From Octopus bimaculoides (taxonomy: Eukaryota), in NCBI RefSeq assembly GCF_001194135.2, contig NC_068998.1:54918534-54982533 (forward strand): a stretch of DNA of 64,000 nt. The letters are read 5' to 3'. Shown one piece after another: positions 62,254-64,000 of the stretch. A program made the translations under genes and the position numbers. The notes under the pieces were generated by a model, which did no database searches, was not told the DNA's origin, and worked only from the letters and a program-made list of their open reading frames with translations. Position 1 is the first letter of the stretch, and each line of letters opens with the position of its first letter.

Positions 62254-63294
62254 CAGTATAAATGAAAACATGAGGTAATGTTTCAATTTCTAATTAGAAT
62301 GTAATCAGTTATTTTTTTTATCATTTTGCCTGGGATGGTGGGTCTATGTGCATGGCATTTTCAACTCAGCTTACACTAAAAGTTACTCAGACTAATCTAG
62401 AAAATATTTAGTTTGTGCGTATCAAGCACAAACATTATCTTTTTTTAATCCAAACTAAATAAGTATCAAATGGTAGAGAGAGAGTTGCTCTTTCAATAAT
62501 TCTGCATTCATATGTTTAGTCTTCTTCTGTTTATCAATCTCCAGGGCTAAATCAAACATTCTAATTGGTTTCAAACCACACATCACAAACGTTATTGGCC
62601 ATTCTGAAACTAACAGCATCAAACCCTTCAACTGAATACAGAAAGTAGAATTAACCGAACTCTAAAATATATAATTTAAAAAAAAAATATTAATGTAGTT
62701 TTAATTCAAATTGTTTCTAAAGGATTAAAATAATTCTCCCATGAAGTTAATAAATAATTTATCATGAATAGATTGTTTCAAAGTTTTCAAGAATAAAGTA
62801 TTTCTTTACTTTGAAAATGAAGGGCTTCTTTTGGAAAGAAAGTTTCTTGATTTACCATTTTTGATATAATTTTGAATCAGTTCTTGTGTTAACTGTTCAG
62901 CTCTGTATTTCAGCAATATTTTCTATTCCGTTCTTTGCACAGCTTTAGTTACCATCAGGTCATATTTGATTTCTATAGTTTATTTTCATTTACAGCTTAA
63001 TATTAATTTAAAAAAACAATTTAGTGAAGGTCAAGGTTGTCTTTACCAAATGCTTTGAATTTGTTGACCTCTACATTCGGCTGTTTAGCCTAATCTTGTT
63101 TCTGTTTTTACTCACCAAACTACATGTCATATTTTATGAGATGCCATCAAAAGCCAGGCAATTAGCCATCTAACTGTTACAAAAGTAACATACACAACAT
63201 CTGTTTTACTTTTCATGTCTTCCTCTCAGTGTTCTTTCACTACTTCTGTTTCAACAGTTTCAATGTTTTTCATGCAATACAGAAACATCCTACC

Positions 63295-63326
<32 letters not shown>

Positions 63327-64000
63327 GGATATTTGTAAAAAGCATTGAAAAAAATCTAGTGTTTATTCTGTTGCCTTAAATGTCTCGCAATATGGGGAGA
63401 CTGTACTTCTGCAATGTTAAGTTAGTGAATTTACCATTTTTCTCGTAATGGTAATATCAGACAGCAGTCATATGGTAATACCAGGCAATAATCTCTGAGT
63501 CAGTTGCCACTTTTAAGCTGAGACTTCAAATGTTTCACGGTAGTGCTTTTATATTTCTCATCATCATCCCTCCCTAGTTGTTGTTGTTAGTATTCGGCTG
63601 AGAGAGAGTCAACACCTCCCACACGTTCTGTCTTCATATTTTGTCAAAAAGGGGAGAAAAAAAAAAACAAACTCTTTTATGTATTAAAACTAAATATTGA
63701 CATAATTATAAAACATTCATCTGAATGGAAACGAAGCATGAATAAAGGGAAGAAATGAAGGCCACATCTTCTACATTGCTTTGTTGCATTAGCAATCATG
63801 TTATAGATACCAACCCAAATTTAGCATTTAAATTAGTTTTGTCTTCATCTTAAAACAATCTCGTTTAATCCAGTGTATTTGTGTTCTCTGTGGGAAGAGA
63901 AGAAGGTTACAACAAAGAGCTCTGCCATTAGTTAACTGGTGGGGTTTACAAATGGGGAGGAATATTTTCAAGTGATTTGAAAAACAAAAATACATTCATA

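Noticed and set aside
1-64000. CRISPR arrays, rRNA, operons or prokaryotic defence systems
   Set aside because: None seen; the sequence is a spliced eukaryotic locus with no repeat-spacer periodicity.

Overview
AT-rich, microsatellite-rich animal genomic DNA with six N-gaps. The repeat landscape suggests an Octopus-like cephalopod (inference, not verified). The window holds one clearly supported gene on the + strand, a prune-family DHH/DHHA2 exopolyphosphatase. I assembled it by hand from 9 GT-AG coding exons (7303-31025) whose phases all agree, giving 1197 codons. Eight short exons encode the PRUNE1-like catalytic core. A single 2.5-kb exon encodes an acidic, low-complexity region like that of PRUNE2/BMCC1. 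No BNIP2/BCH exons were recognisable downstream. A candidate internal promoter and first exon plus a 63-nt exon lie at 58.2-59.9 kb. The rest is intronic or intergenic DNA containing SINEs, RTE/CR1 LINE remnants, Tc1/mariner fossils, MITEs, a Helentron-type HINE and a degenerate hammerhead-like motif.
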